Below are positions 26,311-38,849 of a stretch of DNA of 64,000 nt, piece by piece. Made by a program: the position numbers and the translations under genes. This DNA is from Mobula hypostoma. Its lineage: Eukaryota. The DNA is taken from positions 59,212,001 through 59,276,000 of the forward strand of contig NC_086097.1 in NCBI RefSeq assembly GCF_963921235.1. The letters are read 5' to 3'. The notes beneath the pieces are model-generated. The model did no database searches and was not told the origin of the DNA. It worked only from the letters and a program-made list of their open reading frames with translations. Every line of letters begins with the position of its first letter. Positions within the stretch are counted from its first letter, which is position 1.

Positions 26311-26589
26311 GATTTAGATACACACCAGTCCATAATGGGTAAAGCCCTCCCCGCTATTCAGCACATATAGTGAATGCCCGAGATGCATGTGTATACTTTA
26401 TTAATACGGCATGTTTGAGACGTGGTGGTGCTGACCCAATCATATTCCAATCTGATAAAGGATTCTAGTAATACTCAAATATAGATATAATTCACTTTTT
26501 AAAGATGTTGTTAAAATAAAATTTCCAGTGAACCCAGTAAGATTAATAGGAATTGGTATTGAAATTGTTTTAGTATTTTTACATAATAC

Positions 26590-26906
26590 ATGTTTCCTAT
26601 GGTGGGAATATCCAACACTAGAGTCTACAGCCTCAACATTGAGGGACAACCTTTTAGAATGGAGGTAAGGAAGAATTTTTTTAGCTTGAGAGTGGTGAAT
26701 CTGTGGAATGCTCTGCCACAGACTGCGGTGGAGGCCAAGTCTGTGGGTATATTGAAGGCAGAAGTTGATAGTTCACAGGTCGGCCAGGGCATCAAAGGAT
26801 ATGGTGAGACTGAGTGGGATCTGGGATCAACCATGATGGAATGGTGGAGCGGAGTCAATGCGATAAATGGCCTAATTCTGCTCCTATGGTTTATGGTCTT
26901 ATGGTC
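26590..26906 (+). mobile_element. CR1 3' end
   Basis: MFPMVG..RKNFFSLRVVNLWNALPQTAVEA; tail tatggtttatggtcttatggtct. Confidence 0.88.
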
Positions 26907-27843
26907 TAACTCCTCTCTCATGCCTATGCCATTCCCTTTACTCCACTGTAATGCCGATACATCTGACTTTAGCTTCTCCATCTCAAATGTGAGGGTGAAG
27001 TTGATCATATTATGATCATTTTACCCTAAGGGTACTTTCACCATATCCTCTCTAATCAATTCTGGTTCATTGCACAACATGCAATCCAGAATAGCAGATC
27101 CCCTGGAGGGCTCAGTCAAGAGTTGCTCCTGCTCTAGAGAGCCATCTCGTTGGCAGTCTAGAAAGTCCCCCTCTTGTGATCCAGCACCAACCTGATTTTC
27201 CCAATCTACCTGCATATTGAAGTCCTGAATGACTATTGTAATGTTGCCCCTTTGGCATGCAGTTTCTATCTCCTATTGTAATTTGTAGGCCAAGTCCTTA
27301 TTACTGCTTGGGGTCTGTATACAACTCTGATCAGAGTCTTTTTACACTTGCAGTTCCTTAGCTCTATCCACAATGATTCAACACGTTCCCACCCTATCTC
27401 ACTTCTTTCCAATGATTTGATTTCATTTTTTACCAACAGAGCAGCGCTGCTCCCTCTAACATCTTGCCTGGCCTTTAAATACAATGTGTATCCTTGGACG
27501 TTAATCTCCCAGCTATAATCTTCTTTCAGCCATGATTTAGTGATGCCTACAACACCATACCTGCCAATCTGCAACTGTGCTGCAAAGTCATCTGCCTTAT
27601 TCAGGAATACTGTGTGAATTCAAATATAACATCTTAGGTCAAGTGTTCACCTTTTGAGAATTTGTCTGTCCTTTATATTGCAACTCATCCTGTTGACTAC
27701 AGTTTTGACCTATCAACAGTCTCTCCTCACTACACATTGCCACAGTTTGTAAACCAGCTATCTCATCTTCAGGAATATTGTCAGCCTATTCTACGTTATA
27801 TTTTGCATTGGAAGATATTCAGCTTAACCTTTTGATTCCTTAC
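26907..27843 (-). mobile_element. CR1 endonuclease region; left part of a minus-strand CR1 that continues at 36465-36925
   Basis: ORFs 27266-27574 (VVGITKSWL..VVYRP) and 27021-27215 (EPSRGSAILD) are APE endonuclease; 5-bp duplication cttac at 27839-27843 / 36465-36469. Confidence 0.82.
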
Positions 27844-28123
27844 TTGTTGGAGCAAGAAGGCTGCGAGTGAACGGCTGATTTTCGGAACCAAGGCAGCTTT
27901 TACCTCTCGGGGTAAAAGAGAGGCAAGACTGCGCAGGTGAATGACATCAGCCAGTAAAGCAGGAACGGTTTAAAAAGAAGACCGCCATATCCAGCGGGCA
28001 GCGTTCGGAGCAGGCCGCGGAGTGAGAGGCAGCAGATTGATAGGGCTTTGGCTCAACGGGCTTAGACAGTAACGAGACAAGGCGAAGTAGGTTTACCGGT
28101 GTTATTTATGGAAAGGAGGAAGT

Positions 28124-29022
28124 ATGTGTGTGAGGCCAGTTTTCTGTGCTCGGTGTCAGATGTGGGAGGTCCTGGAGTCTCCCAGCCTCCCAGAAGGCCA
28201 TATCTGCACCAGGTGTGTCGAGCTGCAGCTCCTAAGGGAGCGAGTTTGGGAACTGGAGATGCAGCCTGATGACCTTTGCCTGGTCAGGGAGAGCGAGGAG
28301 GTGATAGAAAGGAGTTATAAGCAGGTGGTCACACTGGGGCTACGGGAGACAGACAAGTGGGACACAGTCAGGAGAGGGAAGGGGAAGAGTCAGGTACTAG
28401 AGAGCACCCCTGTGGCGGTACCCCTTGACAGTAAGTACTCCTGTTTGAGTACTGTCGGGGGGGAGAGGGACAGCCTACCTGGGGGAAGTGACAGTGGCTG
28501 TGCCTCTGGCACAGAGTCTGGCCTGTGGCTCAGAGGGTAGGGAAAGGAAGAGGAAGGTAGTAGTGATAGGGGTCTCTATAGTTAGGGGGTCAGACAGGTG
28601 ATTCTGTGGATGCAAGAAGGAAACTCGGATGGTAGTTTGCCTCCCAGGTGCCAGGGTCCAGGATGTTTCTGATCGCGTCCAAGATATCCTGCAGTGAGAG
28701 GGATAACAGCCAGAGGTCGTGGTACATAATGGTACCAATGACATAGGTAGGAAAAGGGAAGAGGTCCTGAAAAAAAGAGTACAGGGAGTTAAGAAGGAAG
28801 TTGAGAAGCAGGACCGCAAAGGTAGTAATCTCGGGATTACTGCCTGTGCCACGCGACAGTGAGAATAGGAATAGAATGAGGTGGAGGATAAATGCGTGGC
28901 TGAGGGATTGGAGCAGGGGGCAGGGATTCAGATTTCTGGATCATTGGGACCTCTTTTGGGGCAGGTGTGGCCTGTACAAAAAGGACAGGTTGCACTTGAA
29001 TCCCAGGGGGCAGGTTTGCTAA
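28124..29022 (+). pseudogene. CR1 ORF1 (zinc finger/leucine zipper plus SGNH esterase), disrupted
   Basis: CARC..HICTRC, LQLLRERVWELE, VIGVSIVRG (GDS block), LPGARVQDV, DRLHLN; stops and a frameshift. Confidence 0.85.
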
Positions 29023-29028
29023 GGCTAC

Positions 29029-31115
29029 TTGGGAGAGTTTAAACTAGAATTGTTGGGGAGCGCGAACCGAACTGAAGAGACTGGGGAAGAGGAGGTTGGC
29101 ACACAAATAGAGAAAGCTTGTAGACAGTGCGAGAAGGAGGATAGGCAGGTGATAGAGAAGGGATGCGCTCAGACCGACAGTTTGAGATGTGGCTATTTTA
29201 ACGCAAGGAGTATTGCGAACAAAGCGGTTGAGCTTAGAGCATGGATCAGTACTTGGAGCTATGATGTGGTGGCAATTACAGAGACTTGGATGGCTCAGGG
29301 ACAGGAATGGTTACTTCAAGTGCTAGGTTTTAGATGTTCCAGAAAGGACAGGGAGGGAGGCAAAAGAGGTGGGGGCATGGCACTGTTGATCAGAGATGGT
29401 GTTACGGCTGCAGAAAAGGTATACGCCATGGAGGGATTGTCTACAAAGTCTCTGTGGGTGGAGGTTAGGAACAGGAAGGGGTCAGTAACTTTACTGGGCG
29501 TTTTTTATAGGCTGCCCAATAGTAACAGGGATATTGAGGAGGCGATAGGAAAACAGATCCTGGAAAGGTGTGATAATAACAGAGTTGTCATTATGGGAGA
29601 TTTTAATTTCCCAAATATCGATTGGCATCTCCCTAGAGCAAGGGGTTTAGATTGGGTGGAGTTTGTAAGGTGTGTTCAGGAAGGTTTCTTGACACAATAT
29701 GTAGATAAGCCTACAAGAGGAGAGGCTGTACTTGATTTGGTATTGGGAAATGAACCTGGTCAGGAGTCAGATCTCTCAGTGGCAGAGCATTTTGGAGATA
29801 GTGATCATAAATCTCTACAATAGCATTGGAGAGAGATAGGAACAGACAAGTTAGAAAAGCGTTTAATTGGAGTAAGGGGAATTATGAGGCTATCAGGCAG
29901 GAAATTGGAAGCTTAAATTGGAAACAGATGTTCTCAGGGAAAAGTACGGAAGAAATGTGGCAAATGTTCAGGGGATATTTGTGTGGAGTTCTGCATAGGT
30001 ACGTTCCAATGAGACAGGGAAGTTATGGTAGGGTACAGGAACCATGGTGTACAAAGGCTGTAATAAATCTAGTCAAGATGAAAAGAAAAGCTTACAAAAG
30101 GTTCAGAGAGCTAGGTAATGTTAGAGATCTAGAAGATTATAAGGCTAATAGGAAGGTGCTTAAGAAAGAAATTAGTAGAGCCAGAAGGAGCCATGAGAAG
30201 GCTTTGGTGGGCAGGATTAAGGAAAAGCCCAAGGCAGTCTACTAGTATGTGCTGAGCCTCTGGCAATGATCTTTGCATCATCAATGGGGAAGGGAGAGGT
30301 TTCGAAGGATTGGAGGGTTGCGGATGTAGTTCTTTTATTCAAGAAAGGGAGTAACGATAGCCCAGGAAATTATAGACCAGTGAGTCTGAGAGGCAGGATT
30401 TATGAACATTTGGAGAGGTATAATATGATTAGGAACAGTCAGCATGGCTTTGTCAAGGGCAGGTCGTGCCTTACGAGCCTGAATAAATTTTTTGAGAATG
30501 TAACTAAACACATTGATGAAGGAAGAGCAGTAGATGTAGTGTATATGGATTTCAGCAAGGTACCCCATGCAAGGCTTATTAAGAAAGTAAGGAAGCATGA
30601 GATCCAAGGGGACATTGCTTTGTGGATCCAGAACTGGTTTGCCGACAGAAGGCAAAGAGTGGTTGTAGACGGGTCATATTCTGCATGGAAGTTGGTGCCT
30701 CAGGGAACTGTTCTGGGACCCTTACGCTTCGTGATTTTTATCAATGACCTTGATGAGGAAGTGGAGGGATGGGTTAGTCAGTTTGCTGATGACACAAAGG
30801 TTGGGGGTGTTGTGTGTCGAGGGCTGTCAGAGGTTACAGCGGGACATTGATAGGATGCAAAACTGGGCTGAGAAGTGGCAGATGGAGTTCAACCCAGATA
30901 AGTGTGAAGTGGTTCATTTTGGTAGGTCAAATATGATGGCAGTATATAGTATTAATGGTAAGACTCCTGGCAGTGTGGAGGAGCTGATCTTGGGGTCTGA
31001 GTCCATAGGATGCTCAAAGCAACTGCGTAGGTTGACTCTGTGGTTAAGAAGGCATACGGTGTATTGCCTTTCATCAATCGTGGAATTGAATTTAGGAGCT
31101 GAGAGGTAATGTTGC
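29029..31115 (+). pseudogene. CR1 ORF2 (APE endonuclease plus reverse transcriptase), disrupted; C-terminus at 35891-36371
   Basis: FNARSI, ITETW, GDFN, SDH; NYRPVSL, QHGF, YMDFSK, VPQGTVLGP, FADD. Confidence 0.9.
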
Positions 31116-31681
31116 TGTCATGGTCTGGTCCGTTAAGTCCGCTTTCCGGTTCACGGTCCGGTCTGTGGACTCAGGACTCCGGGTCTTCCAGCTGTCCCTT
31201 GTTTCGGTTGGGTTAATCATAGGCACCTGATTCCCATCTTGTGGCTTGGAATATAAGTAGCCTTGGATTCCAGTGTGGGTGGCTGGTTTCTCTTGTCAAG
31301 GTCCCCTGGGAGCAACCTGATGGTGGAAGGCTAGAGTGGCCACTTGCCGTGTTAGGCCGTGTTGGGGAAACATCCCCTGATGGAGCATGCTGTTGGTAGT
31401 CAGAGCTGTCTTTGCGGTATGGATTTGGCCGTTTCCCGGGCCAGCTGAGTGGCCGTTCTGCCGTAGCCCTGTGGGGGGCCTGTCTTGTCTTTTTCTTATC
31501 TTTGCCTCTGTTGGGTAAGTCCGGCTGTTCTGCCATTACCTGATGGATGGCTCTGTCCCACCTTGGTGTGGAGAAGAAGTTGAGACCCGACTTGTCTAAG
31601 GATAAGTTCTGGCTCTATGTTGATGTACAGTTCCCAGTCTGCCTCCGAGCTCCAGCCTCTGAGTTATCAGCCTCAGCATTC

Positions 31682-31996
31682 CAAGAGCCAAGACCCCCAG
31701 CCTGTCCCCGGGCCTCAGGAGCCAAGACCAAGACCCCCAGCCTGTCCCCGGGCCTCAGGAGCCAAGACCCCCAGCCTGTCCCCGGGCCTCAGGAGCCAAG
31801 ACCAAGACCCCCAGCCTGTCCCCGGGCCTCAGGAGCCGAGACCCCCAGCCTGTCCCCGGGCCTCAGGAGCCAAGACCCCCAGCCTGTCCCCGGGCCTCAG
31901 GAGCCAAGACCCCCAGCCTGTCCCCGGGCCTCAGGAGCCAAGACACCCAGCCTGTCTCCAAGCCTCAAGAGCCAAGACCCCAGCCTGTCTAAGCTT
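31682..31996 (+). repeat. Minisatellite, 34-bp unit ccaagacccccagcctgtccccgggcctcaggag (40-bp variants), about 9 copies
   Basis: Directly visible; last unit is split by the hAT and resumes at 35536. Confidence 0.95.
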
Positions 31997-32332
31997 CAGG
32001 GGCGGCGCTAAGGTGGTGCTAGCTGGGGCTGTAGCCCCAGCAGAAATTGCAATAGCCCCACCATAGCAGCACCAAGAAATTAACTGTAGCTGCTTTGTGT
32101 TCTCTGTATAGTTTTGAATACAGCTTGTTTCTCCAGCTGATCTAGTGAAACAGCGCCCCCAATTACGCAGCAATAAAGTTATAAACTCTGTCAGATCTAC
32201 TCTACACTTCTGCTTATTCGTTCGTTGTCAATGTCTTGCCTTTGCTGTCTTCAGAACAGTTAAGCTGATCTAAGATCACTGAAGGTGGTGATGTCACTCA
32301 CTCTCACTCGCGCAAGAGATTGATAGTATATA

Positions 32333-32373
32333 TCCAGGCGCAGATCCATGGTCTCGCGAGACTAACGGATGCC
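32333..32373 (+). mobile_element. 41-bp retroposon 3' tail inside the hAT
   Basis: 40/41 identical to the reverse complement of 17537-17577 (tail of the SINE at 17531-17827). Confidence 0.85.
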
Positions 32374-32443
32374 AGACGTGCACATTGTGCTTTTCCAAGC
32401 TAGCGTCAACCTGGCACATGCATTATTTTGGCCGGCGTGAAAA

Positions 32444-34818
32444 ATGGATCGATTTTTAGTGAGGAAACAACCTCATCCAGAGGGATCAGTGGTGTCTCAG
32501 CCTGAGCCTGTCTTAATTGAAAGTGACATGTAGAAAGAAGTAAGTGGGGATGAGGACGACAGCAGTTCATCGAAGGAGTGTGAGGGCGAAGTAGAGTAAC
32601 AAGAAATGGAGCGGGATTCAGAAGAGAATGTGGATGAAGCTGCTCTTAGAGCTAGTGGGAATACTGTTAGCGATGTTAGCCAGCAGCCTGAGGAAGGACC
32701 CCGTCGGCCAGCATTGAAAAAGTATACTCGCTGTTCACAACAGTTTGGCAATCAGCAAAGGAGTTTTATTTGTGGCTGGTTTGACTGACTGGAATATTCG
32801 ATCACGAAAGATACTACGTTCTGCTTCGCATGCAGGCATTTCCTGTGTGGAGGACATGGGTTCCATTCTGAGTCTACCTTCACTGTCACCGGTTACTGCA
32901 ACTGGCGGAGAGCTACAACAGCTTTCAAACCCACCATGTAAGTGCAGCTCATAAGTTTGTGATGGAGGCATGGGCCGAATTCAGATTGAGAAAACAAGAT
33001 GGTTCAAGATTGGGAAATATGCTTGACAAAAGGACATGCAAAGATTGTCCAAGAAAATCGTGAGTATATGAGAACAGTGGTTGAGTCTCTATGCTATACT
33101 GCGTGCCAAGGCATTGCCCAGCGAGGACACCGGGAGAATGATGGATCTGGCAACAGGGGAAACTTTGTTAAGTTGCTCAGTGTAATTGGACAGTTTGATA
33201 AGACTGTAGCTAAAAAAAGAGGACAATCCTGGAAATGCAAAAAACACCCATCACGATATCCAAAATGAAATTATGGGTATTATGGCAGATATGGTCAGAC
33301 GTCAAATAAGTGCAGAAATCAAGGAGGTTGGATATTTTGCCATCATGATGGATGAAAGTAAAGACTTGAGTGAAAAGGAGCAAATATCAGTGGTGGTGCG
33401 GTATCTGAATAATGAAACAGTGCTTGAAGAATTCTTGCACTTCACTCCAGCAGAAGGGTTGGACGCAGAGTCGCTTCTTAAAAGCATTGAACAGACACTC
33501 GCCCAGTGCGTTATTGATAAGAACGCGTGTATAGGTCAGTGTTATGACGGGGTGGCAGCGATGTCCGGGTGCAATAATGGGGTACAAGAGAGGTTCAGGA
33601 AAGAGGTCCCGCAGGCATTATATATACACTGTCATGCTCACAGACTTAACCTTGTTTTAGTGGATGTTGTGAGCAATGTACTACAAGCGGGTGAGTTTGT
33701 TGAAACTGTGCAGCTGCTTTGCAACTTCGTTTCAAACTCTGTTACCCACGATCTTTTCATGAAGAAATAGAGAGAATTGGAATCAACTGCACAGCCCGTG
33801 GAGTTGAAGAAATTGTCAGATACACGCTGGGCATGGCAGTATACAGTTTTGTGGGCTATGAGGAAATCACTCCCTGCCATTCCAGCTACACTACAGGATA
33901 TTATGGGTCAACCAAATGCACGGAGGAAAACGGAGGCCAGAGCAGTAAATGGACTGATTGAAGAGCAGTTTGCTTTACTTCTCACTGTTTGAGGATTTAT
34001 TCCGAGTTACCAAGTTCATGTCAGACCAGCTACAATCCCCCAGTTTGGAGCTTTCATCTGCCGTGGACTTGGCTCAGTCTATTATCAATGCACTCTCAGC
34101 AAAACGAGGAGAGGAATCATGGAGTGAAATTCAGACAAGAGCTAGGGATCTGCGCATCAAGGCCGGTATACAGAGCAGACCACATGAAAGGAGACAGGCC
34201 CAGCCACCCCGCCGCCTACATGATTTTGTTGTTGAGGCCCAAACTGAACGCGCACCTGTCACATCCTCTGATGACCTTCGCAAGCACTGTTTCTATCCGG
34301 TTATAGACAGACTGTTGACTGAAATGAAAAGATGGTTCTCAGTTGAGACTGGGAGTGTTCTGACTGGAGTCTCAGCATTGAGTCCCAAACACAAGTTCTT
34401 CCTAGACAAGAATTGTCTTTGGCCAATGGCCCAATACTATGGAGTGACTGAAGTGAACCTGACTGCAGAGCTACATCAGGTTCGGCGTCTGCTGGAAACA
34501 AAACAAAAGCAAGGACAGACAGTGAATGACACAGTGGAATTTCTAGCTCTAATGAGACCCTACTGCGATGCATTTATAGATTGATACAAACTAATCTGCA
34601 TAACACTGACTCTGCCTGTGACATCTGCCTCATGCGAACGGAGTTTCTTTTGCCTCAGACGCCTCAAAAACTACCTAAGGAATAGCAACGGCGACGCTCG
34701 GAACAGCAACTTGACCCTGTTGGCCATAAACAGCCGAAGGACCAAAGTACTTGACAACCAGAAAATCATTGATGCTTTCACCACCAATCACAACAACAGA
34801 CGGATTGTGCTTCTCTGA
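32444..34818 (+). pseudogene. hAT transposase, disrupted by stops and frameshifts
   Basis: TTF-type finger (FCFACRHF); IAQRGHRE..NRGNF; FAIMMDESKD..EQISVVVRY; GQCYDG; IHCHAHRLNL; DTRW; LPVTSASCERSFFCLRRLKNYLR dimerisation motif. Confidence 0.9.
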
Positions 34819-36464
34819 AAACATCAATGGTGAGTGCAGTTGATTTTTTAAAAATTTGGGCCAAGACTAATGCTGATTACAATTATTATTTTGTGACGGA
34901 TATCCCATAGTCCTTATGTTTCCTGCAAATCCTAAAATATTACATTTATTGCTATTAAGCCTATTGGTTTTGCTTAGACTTCCAAGCGGTGATTCTGTTG
35001 ATTTTGGTTTAAATTCAATAGCCGAATTAATTGAGGTATTTCATGGTCAGAGTACAATTTGTCCAACTCCTGGCAAAGCCTTGCATCTGTTGTTTGCCTT
35101 ATTTGACTTTAATAACGGTGTATCTTTTGGCATTTTCTCTCTATGTAATGCGAATAGCAGTGGGTTTGTTTTGTGTTTTTCAGTTGAAAAGCACGCATTT
35201 GACGCTGATTGCAGGATTGGTGTGTGATTCACGTTGTCTGCTGTTGCTCGGATGCTCTGTTTGCTTTTTTGGTTTATGCTCCATGTAGCCCAGGTTGTCT
35301 CCGATGCCGTTGACACTGTAACAGTTCACTTCTATATTAGATCTATCAATTGCTGTTACTTGTGAATCAACAGAGGCATTTATAGTAGGCACATAATGCT
35401 TGAAACTGATTTTTTAGCGCCTCACGTCTGGCCTTGTGAATACAAATTACCATACAGGGCATCCCTCAACACCATCACTGAATGATTCAGCCCCTCCGTA
35501 GCACCAGCAAGAAAAAATCTCTGGTGCCGCCACTGCCAAGCCTCAAGAGCCAAGACCTCAGCCTGCAGCCCCTAGCCTCTAGACCCCAGCCACGTCCTGT
35601 GCTGTAGTCATGTCATGTCCTTGCCTGGTTCTGGGGCCCAAGCCCGAGGCAAGACCCAGGTTCTGGGTCCTTGTCCAGTCTCTGGCTCGAAGCCCAAGCC
35701 CAGGCTCCTAGTTCATAGTTCCTTGTCTGAGTTCATAGTTTCTTGTCCATGTCCTAGCCCAAATCTGCGTTCTTGTCCCTGCTCCTTGTCTGTATCCTGT
35801 CATGTCCCTACTCTAATCAAGTCCTGTTCCTTGTACTTCAGTGTCTGTGTCTTGCATTTGGGTCCATTCCCAATGCCCCCCAATGTGACACTTGCAGCTA
35901 TATAGGACCCTGGTCGGGCCCCACTTGGAGTACTGTGCTCATTTCTGGTCGCCTCACTACAAGGAGGATGTGGAAACCATAGAAAGGGTGCAGAGGAGAT
36001 TTACAAGGATGTTGCCTGGACTGGGGAGCATGCCTTATGAGAATAGGTTGAGTGAACGCAGCCTTTTCTCCTTGGAGCGACGGAGGATGAGAGGCGACCT
36101 GATAGAGGTGTATAAGATGATGAGAGGCATTGATCATGTGGATAGTCAGAGGCTTTTTCCCAGGGCTGAAATGGTTGCCACAAGAGGACACAGGTTTAAG
36201 GTGCTGGGGAGTAGGTACAGAGGAGATGTCAGAGGTAAGTTTTTTACTCAGAGAATGGTGAATGTGTGGAATGGGCTGCCGGCAACGGTGGTGGAGGCGG
36301 ATATGGTAGAGTCTTTTAAGAGACATTTGGATAGGTACATGGAGCTTAGAAAAATAGACAGCTCTTGGTAAGCCTAGTAATTTCTATAGTAAGGACATGT
36401 TTGGCACAATTTTGTGGGCCAAAGGGCCTCTATTGTGCTGTAGGTTTTCCATGTTTCTATGTTT

Positions 36465-36925
36465 CTTACCAACAACTGCCTCCAAAACCTCTGTACCTAC
36501 TGTTCTGGTACTCTGGTTCCCACCCATTTGCAACTCTAGTTTTAATCCCACTGTGCAGCATTACCAAGTCTTCCCACTAGGATATTAATCCTCCTCCAGT
36601 TCAGGTGGAAATCATCCCATCTTTACTCATCCCACCTTCCCTGGAAAACAGCCCAATGCTCCAAATACCTTATGCCCTCCCTCCTACAAAAACTTCGTAG
36701 CTACATATTAAAACATATAATCTTCCTGGTTCTGGCCTCACTGTCATTTGGCATGGGTAGCAATCGTGATATCACAGCTCTGGAGGTTCTGTCCTTTAAA
36801 TTGGCACCTAACTCCTTGAACTCCCTATGTAGAAACTCATCACTCATCCTACCCATGTCATTGGTACCCACATGGACCATGACTTCTGGCTTTTCACCTA
36901 CCTGCTTAAGAATGCTGAGGACTCT
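36465..36925 (-). mobile_element. CR1 ORF1 esterase 3' part; right part of the minus-strand CR1 at 26907-27843
   Basis: Minus strand VHVGTNDMG..VISRLLPMP..DDFHLNWRRINILVGRL. Confidence 0.8.
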
Positions 36926-37172
36926 TATATTCTAGTCATCTTGAAATGAATGTGAATAGTGCATTTGCTTTTCTTACCACTGACTCACCCTACAAGTTAA
37001 ACTTTTGGGAATTCTACATAAGGATTCTCAAGTCCCCGTGAACCTTCTATATTTTCTCACCATTCAGAAAATAGTCTAAGCCTTTATTCCTTCTGCCAAA
37101 GTACATGAGTATACACTTTGCTACACTATATTCCATCTGCCATGTCTTTGCCCATTCTCCCAGTCTGTCTAA
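36926..37172 (-). mobile_element. CR1 ORF2 fragment
   Basis: Minus strand RLGEWAKTWQMEYSVAK and SVVRKANALF-like blocks. Confidence 0.7.
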
Positions 37173-38220
37173 GTTCACATGTACCAAAGTGCAGTGAAAA
37201 GTTTGCTTGCCTACTTTTCATACAAATCGTATCATTAAAAATTGCTTTGAGTTAGAACAAGGTAAGAAAAAACTAAAAATATAGAACAACATGTAACTGC
37301 TACAGAGAAAGTGCAGTACAGCTAAACAATAAAGTGCAAAATCATAACAAGGTAGATTGTGAGGTCATGGGTCCATCTTAATATACCGAGGAACCATTCA
37401 ATAATCTTATAACAGCAGGGTAGAAGCTATTATTGAGCCTAATGGTATGTACTTTAAGACTTTTGTATCTTCTGCCCAACAAAAGTGAGGAAATCAGAGA
37501 ATGTCTGGGGTGGGTTTCTTGATTATGTTGGCTGCTTTACTGAGACAGTTAGAAGTGTAGACGAAGTCCATGGTGGGAGGTTGGTTTCCATGATGTGCTG
37601 AGCTGTGTCCTCAACTCTGTTGTTTGCTGCAGTCATAGGCAGCACCGTTACCATGCCAAAAAATTATGTATCCAGATACAATGCTTTCTACAGTGCATTG
37701 GTATAAATTAGTGAGGGTTGACAGGGACATTCCAAATTTTTCTAGGCTTTCGAGGAGGTAGAAGCATTGGCGTGCTTTCTTGGCATGGCATCTTTGTGAT
37801 TAGATCAGGACAGGCTATTGGTGATGTTCACACCTAGGACCTTGAAGATCTCAGCAGTATCAACTTCGACACCGTTAACATGGACAGAAGCACATGCGTC
37901 TCCCCTAACCACTCATCCACCTATTCTTCAAGTCAATGACCAATTCTTTTGGCTGGCGGCATGATACTGTGTTACTAAGCTCTCTGTCACCTTCCTGTTC
38001 TCCAATTCATCGTTATTTGAAATATGACCCACTATGGCAGCATAATTTGCAAACTTGTACAGGGAGTCAGAGCAGGATCTGGCTACACAGTCATGAGCAT
38101 AAAGGGAATACAGCAAGGTGGCTAATTCTGCAAATCTGTGGATCAGCAGTGTTTAGGATAATCAAGGTGGAGGTGTTGCTGCTGGTGCTTATTGATTGTG
38201 GTCTGTTGATCAGAGTCCTG
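37173..38220 (-). mobile_element. Rex1/Babar LINE 3' portion
   Basis: ORF 37928-38116 LYSLYAHDCVARSCSDSLYKFANYA (LYTHDC..KFADD). Confidence 0.8.
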
Positions 38221-38849
38221 ATAACTGGTCAGATAGCACAGGAACTGGGACCCCAAGAAGTGGACAGCCTGCATGGCAAGCATCATTTGGCAAGCCAGAT
38301 GTTGAACCATCCAGATGTCCTAATAGTTTTACATCATGGAAAAAACTTTTCCTGACACCTAAATATGTTGATAAGCTCTCTTGATTGACCCTACACTTAG
38401 AGTTTTGATTAGTTCATATTGGTATCAACGGGTCAAAGAAGCATTCAGCTCTGAGCATTGGCTTCCAACCATTATAGCTTGTTGCAATCAGTAGGTGAAA
38501 GGAAAACATACTGAACTTGCAAACCTATGGATTTCATTTGCTTGGTTACCAACAAATTGTGGATTGGTGGATCTGAAGTGTTCTGGAAATAGGAATCAGG
38601 ACAGCATTTCCTGTCTACATTAGAGAATATTTCACTTGAACCTCTCCCAGCTTCACCTTAATGGCTATGAGTTGTCTGCAGATGGGCCACTTCCTCAGCC
38701 CACGTGGACATACCATAAACCTTGATGAAAATTCCAGAAAAATGAAAAACTGGAGACCCAGTGAAGTGGATCACTAATTCCATTGATTAGGTATAAACTA
38801 AAGGGAATAAATAATCTGTGCTAGATAATCTCAATTTTACAATTACTTC

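Larger units (their letters stand above)
31997..35535 (+). mobile_element. Full-length hAT DNA transposon (ZMYM1/DUF4371-like transposase)
   Basis: TIRs caggggcggcgcta / tggtgccgccactg; 8-bp TSD ctaagctt / ccaagcct (6/8). Confidence 0.9.
31116..35890 (+). mobile_element. Solo LTR (~1.2 kb without the hAT insert), probably Gypsy-type
   Basis: Termini tgtca...tgaca; TSD gttgc/cttgc restores CR1 gtaatgttgcagctata; TATA-like atataag near 31251; no gag/pol. Confidence 0.8.
27844..36464 (+). mobile_element. Near full-length CR1 LINE (5' UTR, ORF1, ORF2, 3' UTR), interrupted by an LTR at 31116-35890
   Basis: ORF1 zinc finger/esterase and ORF2 EN-RT in order; RT C-terminus resumes at 35891 (LQLYRTLVGPHLEYC); tail tttccatgtttctatgtttc. 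Confidence 0.93.

Noticed and set aside
31682..31996. CRISPR-like regular repeats
   Set aside because: Units abut with no unique spacers; eukaryotic LTR minisatellite; no cas genes
31547..32066. Pro/Gln-rich ORFs of 149-154 aa
   Set aside because: Artefacts of the 34-bp minisatellite being stop-free in all + frames
32444..34818. Host ZMYM1/ZNF862-like gene
   Set aside because: Bounded by TIRs and a TSD, with stops and frameshifts; a transposon rather than a domesticated gene
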